Notes: generated by a model from the sequence alone, not told the origin. A stretch of DNA of 32,000 nucleotides from Hyperthermus butylicus DSM 5456 (GCF_000015145.1 NC_008818.1:1380001-1412000), one strand, 5' to 3'; shown: positions 15,264 to 23,763, counted from the first letter of the stretch. Numbers and translations are program-made.

Positions 15264-16550
15264 GTGGGACTTCTATGCTTGGTGGTTTGGGTTTTGCGCG
15301 GCTGCCTGGTATATCTTGCTTCACCCATTCACCAGCAAGAGTATGTATCTTGGCTCCGCTACACGTTCAAGACTTTCCTGCTGCATGCCGGTGTTAGTGT
15401 AAAGGATAGGGGTCTTGCTACGAGCCCCGAGGAGGCGGCAAGGCTTGTCGAGGGCTGCAACTATGTCGTAGCGGTTGTTGCTACTGGTGGATCCGAGGAG
15501 CTCATACTATCGGTTGTAAAGGCGGCTCGTGGCGCGCCAGTGCTAATTGTCGCTCAGCCCTATGCTAACAGTCTCCCCGCAGCACTTGAAGCCTACCCTC
15601 TCCTCCGCGGTGGGAATACTGCGCTAGTATTCCTTGATAGTCTCGATCCCAGCTCTGTGGGTGCTGTTAGGAAGCTGCGTAGCGCCGTTGCTGGGTTGCG
15701 TGGGGCTGCAAAGCTGCGCTCAGCCCGCATAGGCCTTATAGGGGAGCCCAGCCCATGGCTCGTCTACAGTCGTACCACGCTTGAGAAGCTACGGGAGAGG
15801 CTTGGCGCCATACTCGTCCGGATAGAGATGGAGGAGCTCTACGAACTTATGGACCGTGCTGAGCCCTCAGAGGAGCTTGTAGAACGTATCTATCACGGCG
15901 CAGCAGCAGTAGATGTCCCACGTGGCCGTGTTCCGAATGCCCTCCGAGTCTACCTGGCCCTTCGCAGCATCGTTGAGAAGCACCGGCTCGATGCTGTCAC
16001 CGTGGAGTGTTTCCGCCTCATAAAGGAACGAGGCACTACAGCTTGTCTGGCCCTCTCGCTACTCAATAGCGAGGGTGTAGTGGCTGGCTGCGAGGCCGAC
16101 GTGCCATCCACTGTTACGATGCTACTTCTCCACACCGTTTCAGCAGGCCCAGTCTTCATGGGTAACCCCTCAATAGTAAAGGGTGACAAGCTGATGATTG
16201 CCCACTGCACAGCACCCATCGCAATGGGGAGGCGCTACACGCTTCACAGCCACTTCGAGAGCGGCCTCGGCGTAGGGATCTCTATACAGCTGGAGCCGGG
16301 CACAAGAGTGACGATAGCCAGGTTCGACCCAGAGTTCAGGGTACTACGGGTCGGCCGTGGCGTGGTGGAGGAGTCGGGGCTGCTTAGCAGACTGCACTGC
16401 CGCACCCAGCTCTGGATAAGGCTTGACGGCAACGCGGAGAGGATAGTAGAGGAGAGCATCGGCAACCACTACGTTGTGGCCCTCGGGGACCACGTGGACG
16501 CTCTTAGGGCTGCAGCATCCATACTGGGGTCTAGTTTGGACATCCTCTAA
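15264..16550 (+). CDS. L-fucose/L-arabinose isomerase family protein (COG2407-like)
   Basis: Family-typical blocks: RIGLIGEPSPWLVYS, TTACLALSLLNSEGVVAGCEADVPSTVTMLLL, MIAHCTAP, and the C-terminal GNHYVVALGDHVDALRAAASILG. The true start may be an internal in-frame TTG/GTG (15279-15294) just before LVYLASPIH. Confidence 0.6.
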   Translation: MGLLCLVVWVLRGCLVYLASPIHQQEYVSWLRYTFKTFLLHAGVSVKDRGLATSPEEAARLVEGCNYVVAVVATGGSEELILSVVKAARGAPVLIVAQPYANSLPAALEAYPLLRGGNTALVFLDSLDPSSVGAVRKLRSAVAGLRGAAKLRSARIGLIGEPSPWLVYSRTTLEKLRERLGAILVRIEMEELYELMDRAEPSEELVERIYHGAAAVDVPRGRVPNALRVYLALRSIVEKHRLDAVTVECFRLIKERGTTACLALSLLNSEGVVAGCEADVPSTVTMLLLHTVSAGPVFMGNPSIVKGDKLMIAHCTAPIAMGRRYTLHSHFESGLGVGISIQLEPGTRVTIARFDPEFRVLRVGRGVVEESGLLSRLHCRTQLWIRLDGNAERIVEESIGNHYVVALGDHVDALRAAASILGSSLDIL

Positions 16551-16611
16551 GTAGACAGCCTCATCGATTTATTCCCCTGATCCATGCTGGTAAGACTGGT
16601 GACACAGCTCC

Positions 16612-17949
16612 TTGTCAAGGCCAAAGCGCGTAGTCATAATGGGTGCCGGCGGCCGCGACTTCCACGTCTTCAACATGGTCTACCGTGACAACCCCGAGTA
16701 TCAGGTTGTGGCGTTCACTGCCACCCAGATCCCCGGCATTGAGTGGCGCCGTTATCCTCCGAGCCTCGCCGGACCCCGGTATCCTGACGGCATCCCGATT
16801 GTACCCGAGTCTAAGCTCCCCGAGCTCGTAAAGGAGCATGGTGTGGATGAGGTCGTCCTCGCCTATAGCGATCTCACCTACGATGAGGTAGGCCATCTCC
16901 TAAGCATGGCACTCTCAACCGGCGCCACATTCAAGATCATAGGGCCAAGGGACACAATGATAACAAGCTATAAGCCCGTAATAGCCGTCACAGCTGTGAA
17001 GACCGGCGCTGGCAAGAGCACTGTTAGCAGGGCCTTGGTGAGGGAGATCAAGTCCCGGGGCCTGGAGCCCGTGGTTATAAGGCACCCGATGTCCTACGGC
17101 GACCTCGAGGCACGGAAGCTGATAGTTATAAGGAGTGAGGAGGATGTCGAGAAGTACCCGCTAACCATCGAGGAGAGGGAGGAGTTCGAGCCCTACCTAG
17201 GCATGGATGTAACCGTGATGGCCGGCGTGGACTACGGCATAGTGGTCCGGGAGGCCGAGAAGAGGGGCGACATACTGGTATGGGATGGAGGTAACAACGA
17301 CTGGCCATTCATAAGGCCCGACCTATGGATAGTCGTCGCCGACGCGCTGCGGCCCGGCCTGGAGGCATCCACTTTCCCCGGCGAGATAAACGTCCGGATG
17401 GCCGAGGTAGCAATCATCACTAAGGCTAGCGAGGCTGGCCCCGAGAACGTGAAGAAGGTACGGGAGAACCTACTACGGCTCAACCCAAAGCTGGACATCG
17501 CGGTAGCCGACATAGAGGTGACTGTTGACAAGCCCGAGATGATACAGGGCAAGAGGGTCGTAGTGGTCGAAGACTCGCCCACTGTAACCCATGGCGGTGC
17601 CCCGTACGCGGCAGGCTACGTAGCGGCGAAGAAGTATGGCGCAGAGATAGTCGACCCGAAGCCCTACGCGGTGGGCATCATAAAGGAGATGTACGAGACC
17701 TACCGGCACATGGGGCCAGTTGTACCGTCCACCGGCTACACGTCTGAGCAGCTCCGCCACCTAGAGGAGACGCTGAACCGTGTACCAGCAGATGTAGTAG
17801 TGATAGCGAGCCCGGCAAGGATAGAGAAGATGATAAAGCTCAACAAGCCCTACGTGAGGGTGAGCTACGAGCTAAAGGTACTAGAGGGCCCGACACCCAA
17901 AGACCTCGTCGACAGACTGCTCGAGAGGCACCCGGTACCCAAAGCCTAA
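16612..17949 (+). CDS. P-loop protein of the COG2403 'predicted GTPase' / cyclic 2,3-diphosphoglycerate synthetase-like family
   Basis: 445-aa ORF. An N-terminal Rossmann-like block (RVVIMGAGGRDFHVFNMVYRDNPEYQVVAFTATQIPG) is followed by a Walker A-like AVKTGAGKST and VIRHPMSYGDL. The family assignment is from memory of this conserved archaeal family; the substrate is unknown. Confidence 0.6.
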   Translation: MSRPKRVVIMGAGGRDFHVFNMVYRDNPEYQVVAFTATQIPGIEWRRYPPSLAGPRYPDGIPIVPESKLPELVKEHGVDEVVLAYSDLTYDEVGHLLSMALSTGATFKIIGPRDTMITSYKPVIAVTAVKTGAGKSTVSRALVREIKSRGLEPVVIRHPMSYGDLEARKLIVIRSEEDVEKYPLTIEEREEFEPYLGMDVTVMAGVDYGIVVREAEKRGDILVWDGGNNDWPFIRPDLWIVVADALRPGLEASTFPGEINVRMAEVAIITKASEAGPENVKKVRENLLRLNPKLDIAVADIEVTVDKPEMIQGKRVVVVEDSPTVTHGGAPYAAGYVAAKKYGAEIVDPKPYAVGIIKEMYETYRHMGPVVPSTGYTSEQLRHLEETLNRVPADVVVIASPARIEKMIKLNKPYVRVSYELKVLEGPTPKDLVDRLLERHPVPKA

Positions 17950-18018
17950 GCCTCAATTATTTCTCCCACACCCATCCACTATCCTCCCCCGCGACAAGAG
18001 GGCATCCCGCCCGCGGGG

Positions 18019-18026
18019 TTATAGAG
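18019..18026 (+). promoter_or_regulatory. Candidate TATA box upstream of aIF-1A
   Basis: TTATAGAG lies ~25 nt upstream of GTG 18052, spacing expected for a leaderless or near-leaderless archaeal mRNA. Confidence 0.3.
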
Positions 18027-18153
18027 CTCCAGCCCTGCTCAACCCCTGGTAGTGGGTGAATAAGCCCTGGCGAGGAAGAAGAGGCGCGCCGAGGAGGAGG
18101 CTCGGAAGGAGCCACCACTACCAAGCGAGGAGGAGGGCACCCAGCTCTGCGTA

Positions 18154-18408
18154 GTGGTAAGGCTGCTCGGCGCAGACCACCTGCTGATAAGGTGCCAGGA
18201 CGGGGTTGAACGGAAGGCAAGGATACCCGGCAGCATGAGGCGCAGGGTCTGGATAAGGGAGGGCGACATAGTCCTAGCAGCCCCATGGGACTTCAAGCCA
18301 GACCGCGCCGACGTGGTGTACAGATACTCCAGGGAGGAGCTAAGGAAGCTCGTGGAGAAGGGCATAGTGCCACAAGAGCTTCTAGAGCTAGCAGAGGAGT
18401 ATGCATAG
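18154..18408 (+). CDS. eif1a: Translation initiation factor aIF-1A (see finding on the unresolved N-terminus)
   Basis: VRLLGADHLLIRCQDGVERKARIPGSMRRRVWIREGDIVLAAPWDF..DRADVVYRY matches the eIF-1A S1/OB core (R.PGK.R.RVWI..GD.VLV..W). The same frame upstream to 18064 still reads aIF-1A-like (RKKRRAEEEARKEPPLPSEEEGTQLCVV) but contains no ATG/GTG/TTG. Confidence 0.9.
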   Translation: MVRLLGADHLLIRCQDGVERKARIPGSMRRRVWIREGDIVLAAPWDFKPDRADVVYRYSREELRKLVEKGIVPQELLELAEEYA

Positions 18409-18417
18409 GCACCGTTA

Positions 18418-18669
18418 ATGTGTGAAGGCTACACGTGGAGAGAGGCTGGAAGTTTGACGAGCCTTTTGTCATCATTTTTAGCTGTCATCACCGGGTTCAC
18501 AGCAGCATTGGTACTAGTGGTTACCGGGAGGAGCAAGCCTCTACGGTACCTCTTCCTCGCAGGCTTCATGGTGCTAGCTTTTAGTGATGTCCTCGGAGGA
18601 GGCCACCTGTGGCCCATATGGCTCGCTGCTGGCGGCGCCATCCTAGCTGGGCTGCAACGAGAGAAATGA
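18418..18669 (+). CDS. Small hydrophobic membrane protein (83 aa, 2-3 TM helices)
   Basis: ATG ORF made almost entirely of TM segments (LLSSFLAVITGFTAALVLVV, YLFLAGFMVLAF, WPIWLAAGGAILAG). A decayed paralogue at 22678-22898 is recognisably similar at the protein level, which argues that this is a real gene. Confidence 0.55.
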   Translation: MCEGYTWREAGSLTSLLSSFLAVITGFTAALVLVVTGRSKPLRYLFLAGFMVLAFSDVLGGGHLWPIWLAAGGAILAGLQREK

Positions 18670-18957
18670 GGGCAAAAAGATGCCCGCTAGGCTGGTCCAC
18701 GAGGCGTATAACATCCTAAAAGCTGTTAAGGTTAGCACAGCTAATGCTAGAACTATGATAGTGATGCCAACTAGGGTTAAGAGGGCTGGAATTACTAAAT
18801 GAATACGAGCATGTACACCAAAACACCCCGGTTAGGTAACTCCATGTATGCGATAAAGACGTAAAAGCTTAAGTAATAGCACCGAAGTGATGTGTCTAGG
18901 TACAGGAAAGGGTGGGTTAAGCGTGGTAGTACGTTCTGTTAGGGGTAGAAGAAAAAA

Positions 18958-20559
18958 GTGATTATTCTCGCCTTGTTCGTAGTACTCCTTCTTCCTGCTA
19001 TAGCTGAAGCCTTTACAAGGCTTGCAAACTATACCGCTGCCCCGGGCATAGTATTAGAATTCAAGTTCCTAAAGCCTACAGCGAAGGGTTTCACCACCTG
19101 GGAGGAGCCAGCTAGAGGAGGAGACATCATAGCAATGATTCACGTTGAAGCTGTAGCCCCAGCAGGTATACAGGGAGACTTTATCCCGCTCTACACCGGC
19201 GCCTACCACGGTAAGCCTATCTACCTACCCTCTAGCGGTATGCTTGGCGATATTGCAAAGGCCTGGGTTAAAGAATACACTAGGAGGGGGAGCAACCCGG
19301 ACACAGTATACTCTGGGCTACTGGTTTTTGTTTCAGTGCTAAACCGTACAGCCCTAAAACACCATGATATGAGAAATGCAGTAATCTACTCCACCGTTGA
19401 CGTGGTGAGCTACAAGCCAGCAGCAATAGCTGCAGGGAAAACATTGAAGTATACGATAAACGTCATAGTAGATCGTAAGCATAGGAATTTAGAGTATAGA
19501 GTCGAAGAGATGAAGGGGCTCTTAGAGACCATGGCGGTAAAAATGGCATCCGACAAGCCGAGATCTACAAATATGCAGGGCTATCAGCTCCAGCCTCAGA
19601 ACCCAGAGGAGTCATGGTACTGTGACGAATTCTCCGAACCAATTGCATCATACTGCTGGCGTCGAGAACTCTACATTGCACCGGGGCATCTAACTGGTAT
19701 CCTACCATCAGACTATTTCAGATGGGAAAACGGTAAGCTATACGTCAAGACACCGCTAATGATAGTCTACAACAAGTACTCCTACTCCGACACAATCACG
19801 GCTAACATAAACCTTGGGTCGACTAATGCTGCAATCTCGATATATGCAACCTTTGGTGCTGGTGAAGGACTCGTAGAGTTATTCAGGGGTGAAAAGGAGA
19901 GCGTACCGGAATTGACTATATGGAAGTCTGGGGATAGGATCTGGGGCGGCGAGAAATACTACTACTCTAGAGCAGAAACAGTTCCCCCCGAACACTGGTG
20001 GTGGGCATGGATATGGGGTAGGCCGGTCTTTGCAGTCTATAGGGAGTACTACTGCCTCTTAGACTGCGAGCCTCTAAGCAATAGCTATGTAATTGCAGCT
20101 GTAACAGATGTTATAACCGAGGGAAGTATTATAGAGGGGGGTGAAGAAAAGAGCAAGCCCGCAGAGCCGCTTATGAGCTACCTCTTTGAGGGAATCGAGT
20201 TAACTAGCGTTGGCACGCTCAATCCGGGCGATTCGCTACCTCTAGGCTCAATATTTAACACCTTTGATACTTGTGGTGCCGACTTTGAGATAGGTATACC
20301 TGTAGGAGCTATTGTTGGCGGGCTCCTGGGGGGCCCTGAGGGCGCCGCGATAGGCTCGGTTTTCGGTGTCTCGGTCTCGGCTGAGGGAGCTAAGATCTAC
20401 ATACTTGGTGGTATAGAGAATGAGGGCAACTATAATGTGCCAGAATATATATGGGTTGGAGCTAGCAAGCTCAAGTATAGGCATGAGCAGTGCTGGCTCT
20501 TCTTCTGTCAGACATGCTATTACAATGTACTGATAGGCATCTACGTGGAGGCTAGGTGA
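18958..20559 (+). CDS. Secreted hypothetical protein (533 aa) with a Gly-rich hydrophobic C-terminal segment
   Basis: GTG start with a Sec-type signal peptide (MIILALFVVLLLPAIAEA|F). It lies in AT-richer DNA, is rich in aromatic residues (EHWWWAWIWG), and has a C-terminal glycine-zipper-like GIPVGAIVGGLLGGPEGAAIGSVFGV followed by a Cys cluster (CWLFFCQTC). No family recognised. Confidence 0.6.
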   Translation: MIILALFVVLLLPAIAEAFTRLANYTAAPGIVLEFKFLKPTAKGFTTWEEPARGGDIIAMIHVEAVAPAGIQGDFIPLYTGAYHGKPIYLPSSGMLGDIAKAWVKEYTRRGSNPDTVYSGLLVFVSVLNRTALKHHDMRNAVIYSTVDVVSYKPAAIAAGKTLKYTINVIVDRKHRNLEYRVEEMKGLLETMAVKMASDKPRSTNMQGYQLQPQNPEESWYCDEFSEPIASYCWRRELYIAPGHLTGILPSDYFRWENGKLYVKTPLMIVYNKYSYSDTITANINLGSTNAAISIYATFGAGEGLVELFRGEKESVPELTIWKSGDRIWGGEKYYYSRAETVPPEHWWWAWIWGRPVFAVYREYYCLLDCEPLSNSYVIAAVTDVITEGSIIEGGEEKSKPAEPLMSYLFEGIELTSVGTLNPGDSLPLGSIFNTFDTCGADFEIGIPVGAIVGGLLGGPEGAAIGSVFGVSVSAEGAKIYILGGIENEGNYNVPEYIWVGASKLKYRHEQCWLFFCQTCYYNVLIGIYVEAR

Positions 20560-20781
20560 TCCTCTAAGCCTTCGTGGCACCCCTTTCCGCGATATTTTTC
20601 TTCGTACCCCACTCGTGGGTATGGAAGATCTGGGCCGTTAGCTATACATGCTAAGCAAGCCGTTTTTGGGTGTATTTGTGCTCAGCTCATTTCTAGCTCC
20701 CTGTCGATTTTCAGAACCCCCTTGAAGCTTTCATGGTTCTGTGGCGTTGCTGCTTGTATGTGACTGCATGCAACAAGATAA

Positions 20782-21153
20782 ATATGGATGTATGGTGTCT
20801 GTTCTAGGTGCTCTTGTATTGAATGGCTAGGGTCTAGCATCGGGCTGAGCAATTTTATTTCATCGCTGCGTTGCCCGATGTTTAGGCTGGAACCCTTCAC
20901 CGGATGCAGCTTCGACCGTATCTACTGCTATGCGAGATGGAGGCTGTGAACTCATGGATCTCTATGGATCTCTAGGGTTAAGCGGTACGTGGCGCGGTAG
21001 TTTGAGAAGGTGGCCGCGAGGCTGCCCAGTGATATGTCTAGGCCGCTCTTTGGACCTGCAGTGTTCAGCGTCTCTTCTAACACTTTAACGGCAGAGTGCC
21101 AGGTATTGTTAAGTCACTACTCCGGATTGCATGAGGGTTTCCTTCATGGTTGA
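20782..21153 (+). pseudogene. Decayed N-terminal fragment paralogous to the radical SAM fusion gene at 13297-15156
   Basis: My translation gives EWLGSSIGLSNFISSLRCPMFRLEPFTGCSFDRIYCYARW, against EWLEFVIKPSNYISSLCYSILRLEPFTTCSYGCVYCYARW in the intact gene. Further on, FEKVAARLPSDMSRPLFGPAVFS aligns with FEKLAQRLREPKPFFRLATLS. There are in-frame stops at 20947 (TGA) and 20998 (TAG), the middle cluster Cys is lost (GC to DR), and nothing remains beyond ~130 codons. Confidence 0.65.
20954..20973. repeat. Perfect 10-bp tandem duplication (ATGGATCTCT x2) inside the radical SAM pseudogene
   Basis: Read directly from the sequence: ATGGATCTCT at 20954-20963 and again at 20964-20973. Confidence 0.9.
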
Positions 21154-21374
21154 CACTGGGGGGCGACTAGTGTTGTTGACGTGTGGATTGGAGCGTGTCT
21201 GCATCTGAGCATGTGCGCGTTAGTTTGGTCTCGTGGAGCCCCAAGAGGCAGGTTGGGAGCTGTGCCGGTGGAGACTTTCCGAGACAAGCCTCTGGAACAA
21301 TGGACGGTATACGTGATGGGCTCTGTACATCCACGAGGCTTGGAGAAAACCGGAAGCCGTAAAGTGGAGCCTAG

Positions 21375-22664
21375 GTGCTGGGGTTGCGTTGGCAGTATAG
21401 CGTGGTGGCAGCGGCGGGGCAGCAGTGTTGGCCTCGCACCGTGGCGCCGGGGTGCCCCGTATCACTGCTAGCGGTTGTTATTGGAAGCGTTTTCCTGGCC
21501 AGTATCGGGTTTGGCTTGTCTAGGCTGGCGCTTGCCAAGTATCTCCGCGACGATCTTGGCGCCTCGGCGCTAGTTGTTTCGAGCCTTACGAGCTGGTTTA
21601 TGGGTGCCAGGGCGTTCTCCTCAATACTCTCCGGCATTGCTGCTGATACCTTGCCATCTGCGAGGAGGATGCTCATGATTCTCCCACTGGGCCTCACAGC
21701 AGTTATCGTCTACACTATTCCGTCTCTAGAGTCTCCAATCGCCATATTGTTTCTCAACGCGCTATGGGGGTTTCTGAGCGGCGCAGTCTGGCCAGTTGTA
21801 CAGACAGCAGCAGCTATGCTAGCTGGGCCCTGGAGTTCCACGGTCATGTCGGTATACTTTGCCTCGGGGAGCCTTGGCACTACAGCTGGCCAGTATCTCT
21901 ACGGTGTACTCACAGTCGATAACCCAGGAGCAGTTAGGCTATCCGCATTATTCTTCGCCTCCTCAGCAGCCATGCTAGCCTATGTCTCTCATGCAGCTCC
22001 GGCAGCTGGCATCCGCGGGAGGAGAAGGAGCAGGAGCGGCCTGAAAGCCGTACTCGGGACTCTTAGGAGGGACAGGTTTGCCTCGTGGATACTCCTCTCA
22101 GCCCTGGCTGCAGGCTACCTCTCCGGTCTCCTCCGAGAATTCCTCTACGTATACCTCGGCGAGGTCTACGGCCTAGACCGCCAAGAGCTAGCATCAACCC
22201 TGGCGCTGGCGGACCTGGCAGCATTTGCTGTCGGGCTCGCGGTAGGCCAGCTTGCCGACCGGCTCGGCGTAGCCCCCGTAATAGCAGCAGTACTCGCAAC
22301 CGGGCTCGCTGGTAGCCTAGCCCTAGGCCTCTCAACCAGCCTACCAGTAGCCATGATCGGGCTTGCTCTCGCGCTCACCGCTACTAGGAGCAGTCTACCA
22401 CTAACGAGGAATGCTGCTGCGTTCAGCGCTGAGTACCGTGCAACACTCGTAGGCGCCTCCAACACGCTCTCAAACATAGGCCACCTAGCCAGCCCCATAA
22501 TCGCTGGAAAGCTCTACGACACGCTCTACGGCAGCACCATAGCTGGTATAAGAGGCGAAGCAACACCATTCCTAACAGCCGCCATACTACTCGCACCAAC
22601 ACTAGCACTATACCCGGTATGCGTCAGGACGAAACAATACACGCGTCCTGTAGACCGGGTATAG
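21375..22664 (+). CDS. Major facilitator superfamily (MFS) transporter
   Basis: About 12 hydrophobic segments. An MFS loop 2-3-like motif is present (GIAADTLPSARRM), and the central basic loop GIRGRRRSRSGLKAVLGTLRRDR separates the two six-helix halves. The start is likely the in-frame GTG at 21441, just before TM1, rather than 21375. Confidence 0.8.
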   Translation: MLGLRWQYSVVAAAGQQCWPRTVAPGCPVSLLAVVIGSVFLASIGFGLSRLALAKYLRDDLGASALVVSSLTSWFMGARAFSSILSGIAADTLPSARRMLMILPLGLTAVIVYTIPSLESPIAILFLNALWGFLSGAVWPVVQTAAAMLAGPWSSTVMSVYFASGSLGTTAGQYLYGVLTVDNPGAVRLSALFFASSAAMLAYVSHAAPAAGIRGRRRSRSGLKAVLGTLRRDRFASWILLSALAAGYLSGLLREFLYVYLGEVYGLDRQELASTLALADLAAFAVGLAVGQLADRLGVAPVIAAVLATGLAGSLALGLSTSLPVAMIGLALALTATRSSLPLTRNAAAFSAEYRATLVGASNTLSNIGHLASPIIAGKLYDTLYGSTIAGIRGEATPFLTAAILLAPTLALYPVCVRTKQYTRPVDRV

Positions 22665-22677
22665 CAGAACAGCCTTT

Positions 22678-22898
22678 CTATCCTCGGCTCACAGTTGAAG
22701 CCCACAAGCATAACATGCCAGCTGCAAATCATATGGGCTACAAGTGGCCTCTCCCGAGGACATTGCTAAAAGTTAACGCAGTGAATCCTAAGGGAGGAAA
22801 TACCGTAAATGCTTGTAGCTCTCAGTAATAGCCAGTACCAGTGTTGCCGCAAGCGCAGCGGTTACGGCTAGAAATAACAAGGTACTCTATCAACACAT
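22678..22898 (-). pseudogene. Decayed paralogue of the small membrane-protein gene at 18418-18669, in inverted orientation
   Basis: The minus strand starts with the same ATGTGT and reads LLFLAVTAALAATLVLAITESYKHLRYFLP / GFTALTFSNVLGRGHL*PI*FAAG. The intact copy reads SFLAVITGFTAALVLVVTGRSKPLRYLFLAGFMVLAFSDVLGGGHLWPIWLAAG. Both Trp codons are stops (TAG 22740-22738, TGA 22731-22729), there is an early TGA TAG, and there is at least one frameshift. Confidence 0.65.
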
Positions 22899-23034
22899 CC
22901 CGCGCTATTCATGTACAGCCCTTCTGTGTAATAGTGTCTTACTAGCGGTTAGCGGATAGTTGTAGAACAATTTGTTGGTGCTGCCCCACTAATATGAGCT
23001 GGCCACCCTAACCATTAGAGACTGGGGGTACTAG

Positions 23035-23462
23035 TTGAGTATCGAGGAGTACAAACTGCTAATACATAGGAGCAGGATGTTCCTAGAGGAAGCCCGTGAA
23101 GCTTATGGTGGGGAACGCTATGATTTAGCGGTGTTTCTTGCTGAGCAAGCTTTACAGCTCTACCTCAAAGCACAGCTCCTCCGTGTACTTGGAGACTATC
23201 ACGTACGCATAGTATCCGGCAGCTGCTTGCTATGCTCTCAAAAGCACTTGGCGGAGACTCTGAGAAGGAGATAACCGAGTTTATGAGGCGTGAAAGGCCT
23301 CGTCTATCAGAGCTGGAGGATGTGTACATAGCTTCCCGGTATGGTATCCGTACCTATACGAGGGACGATGCAGAGGACATATTATACACTGTGGAGAGAG
23401 TGATTAATCTTGTCGAGGAGCTACTCAGACGTGTTGCTCGAGGTGATGCTAGAGAGAGCTAG
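23035..23462 (+). pseudogene. HEPN-domain protein (toxin partner of a HEPN-MNT module) carrying a 1-nt deletion frameshift
   Basis: The first frame reads ...YDLAVFLAEQALQLYLKAQLLRVLGDY and then goes out of frame. The second frame, open from 23145, continues RTHSIRQLLAMLSKAL...LEDVYIASRYG. That segment includes the HEPN R-x4-6-H motif (RTHSIR) and the conserved RY. Restoring one base in GACTATC(C)ACGTACGCAT gives LGDYPRTHSIRQLL. Confidence 0.75.
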
Positions 23463-23763
23463 CTTGCTCAAGAGCTGGAGGCAGCTCGTGAAGAAAGCAG
23501 TGGATGCGATAAAGGAGGTCTGCCCGGAGGCCCACGTATACATTACTGGCAGTATTGTAAAAGGTGAATGGATTGCAGCCAGCGATATAGACCTCATAAT
23601 CGTACTTACCCGTGAGCCAGACATGCGGGAAGCGGCACGAATAATAGAGCATGTGTGGAAAAAGCTAGGACTACTACACACTCATCCACTTGAAATACAT
23701 GTAACCGGGCCCGAGGGCTTAGAGAGGTATAAGAGGAAAGGCGTGCTCGTACAGCTTGCGTGA
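23446..23763 (+). CDS. Minimal nucleotidyltransferase (MNT, Pol-beta superfamily), antitoxin-type partner of HEPN
   Basis: HVYITGSIVKGEWIAASDIDLIIVL is the G-S-x(n)-D-x-D nucleotidyltransferase signature. The gene overlaps the HEPN gene end. The start could be ATG 23446, GTG 23431 or TTG 23410. Confidence 0.8.
   Translation: MLERASLLKSWRQLVKKAVDAIKEVCPEAHVYITGSIVKGEWIAASDIDLIIVLTREPDMREAARIIEHVWKKLGLLHTHPLEIHVTGPEGLERYKRKGVLVQLA

Noticed and set aside
17957-18365. Two minus-strand ORFs (109 and 108 aa) opposite aIF-1A.
   Set aside because: They are antisense to the unmistakable aIF-1A reading frame and have low-complexity Ser/Pro/Arg-rich translations.
21181-21471. A 96-aa ORF upstream of and overlapping the MFS transporter start.
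   Set aside because: It has no motifs, is Arg/Gly/Trp-rich, overlaps the transporter frame, and lies in the junction after the radical SAM relic.
22619-22828. A 69-aa plus-strand ORF downstream of the MFS gene.
   Set aside because: It is the antisense reading of the decayed membrane-protein paralogue. Its resemblance to the antisense ORF 18429-18641 is what revealed the inverted duplication.
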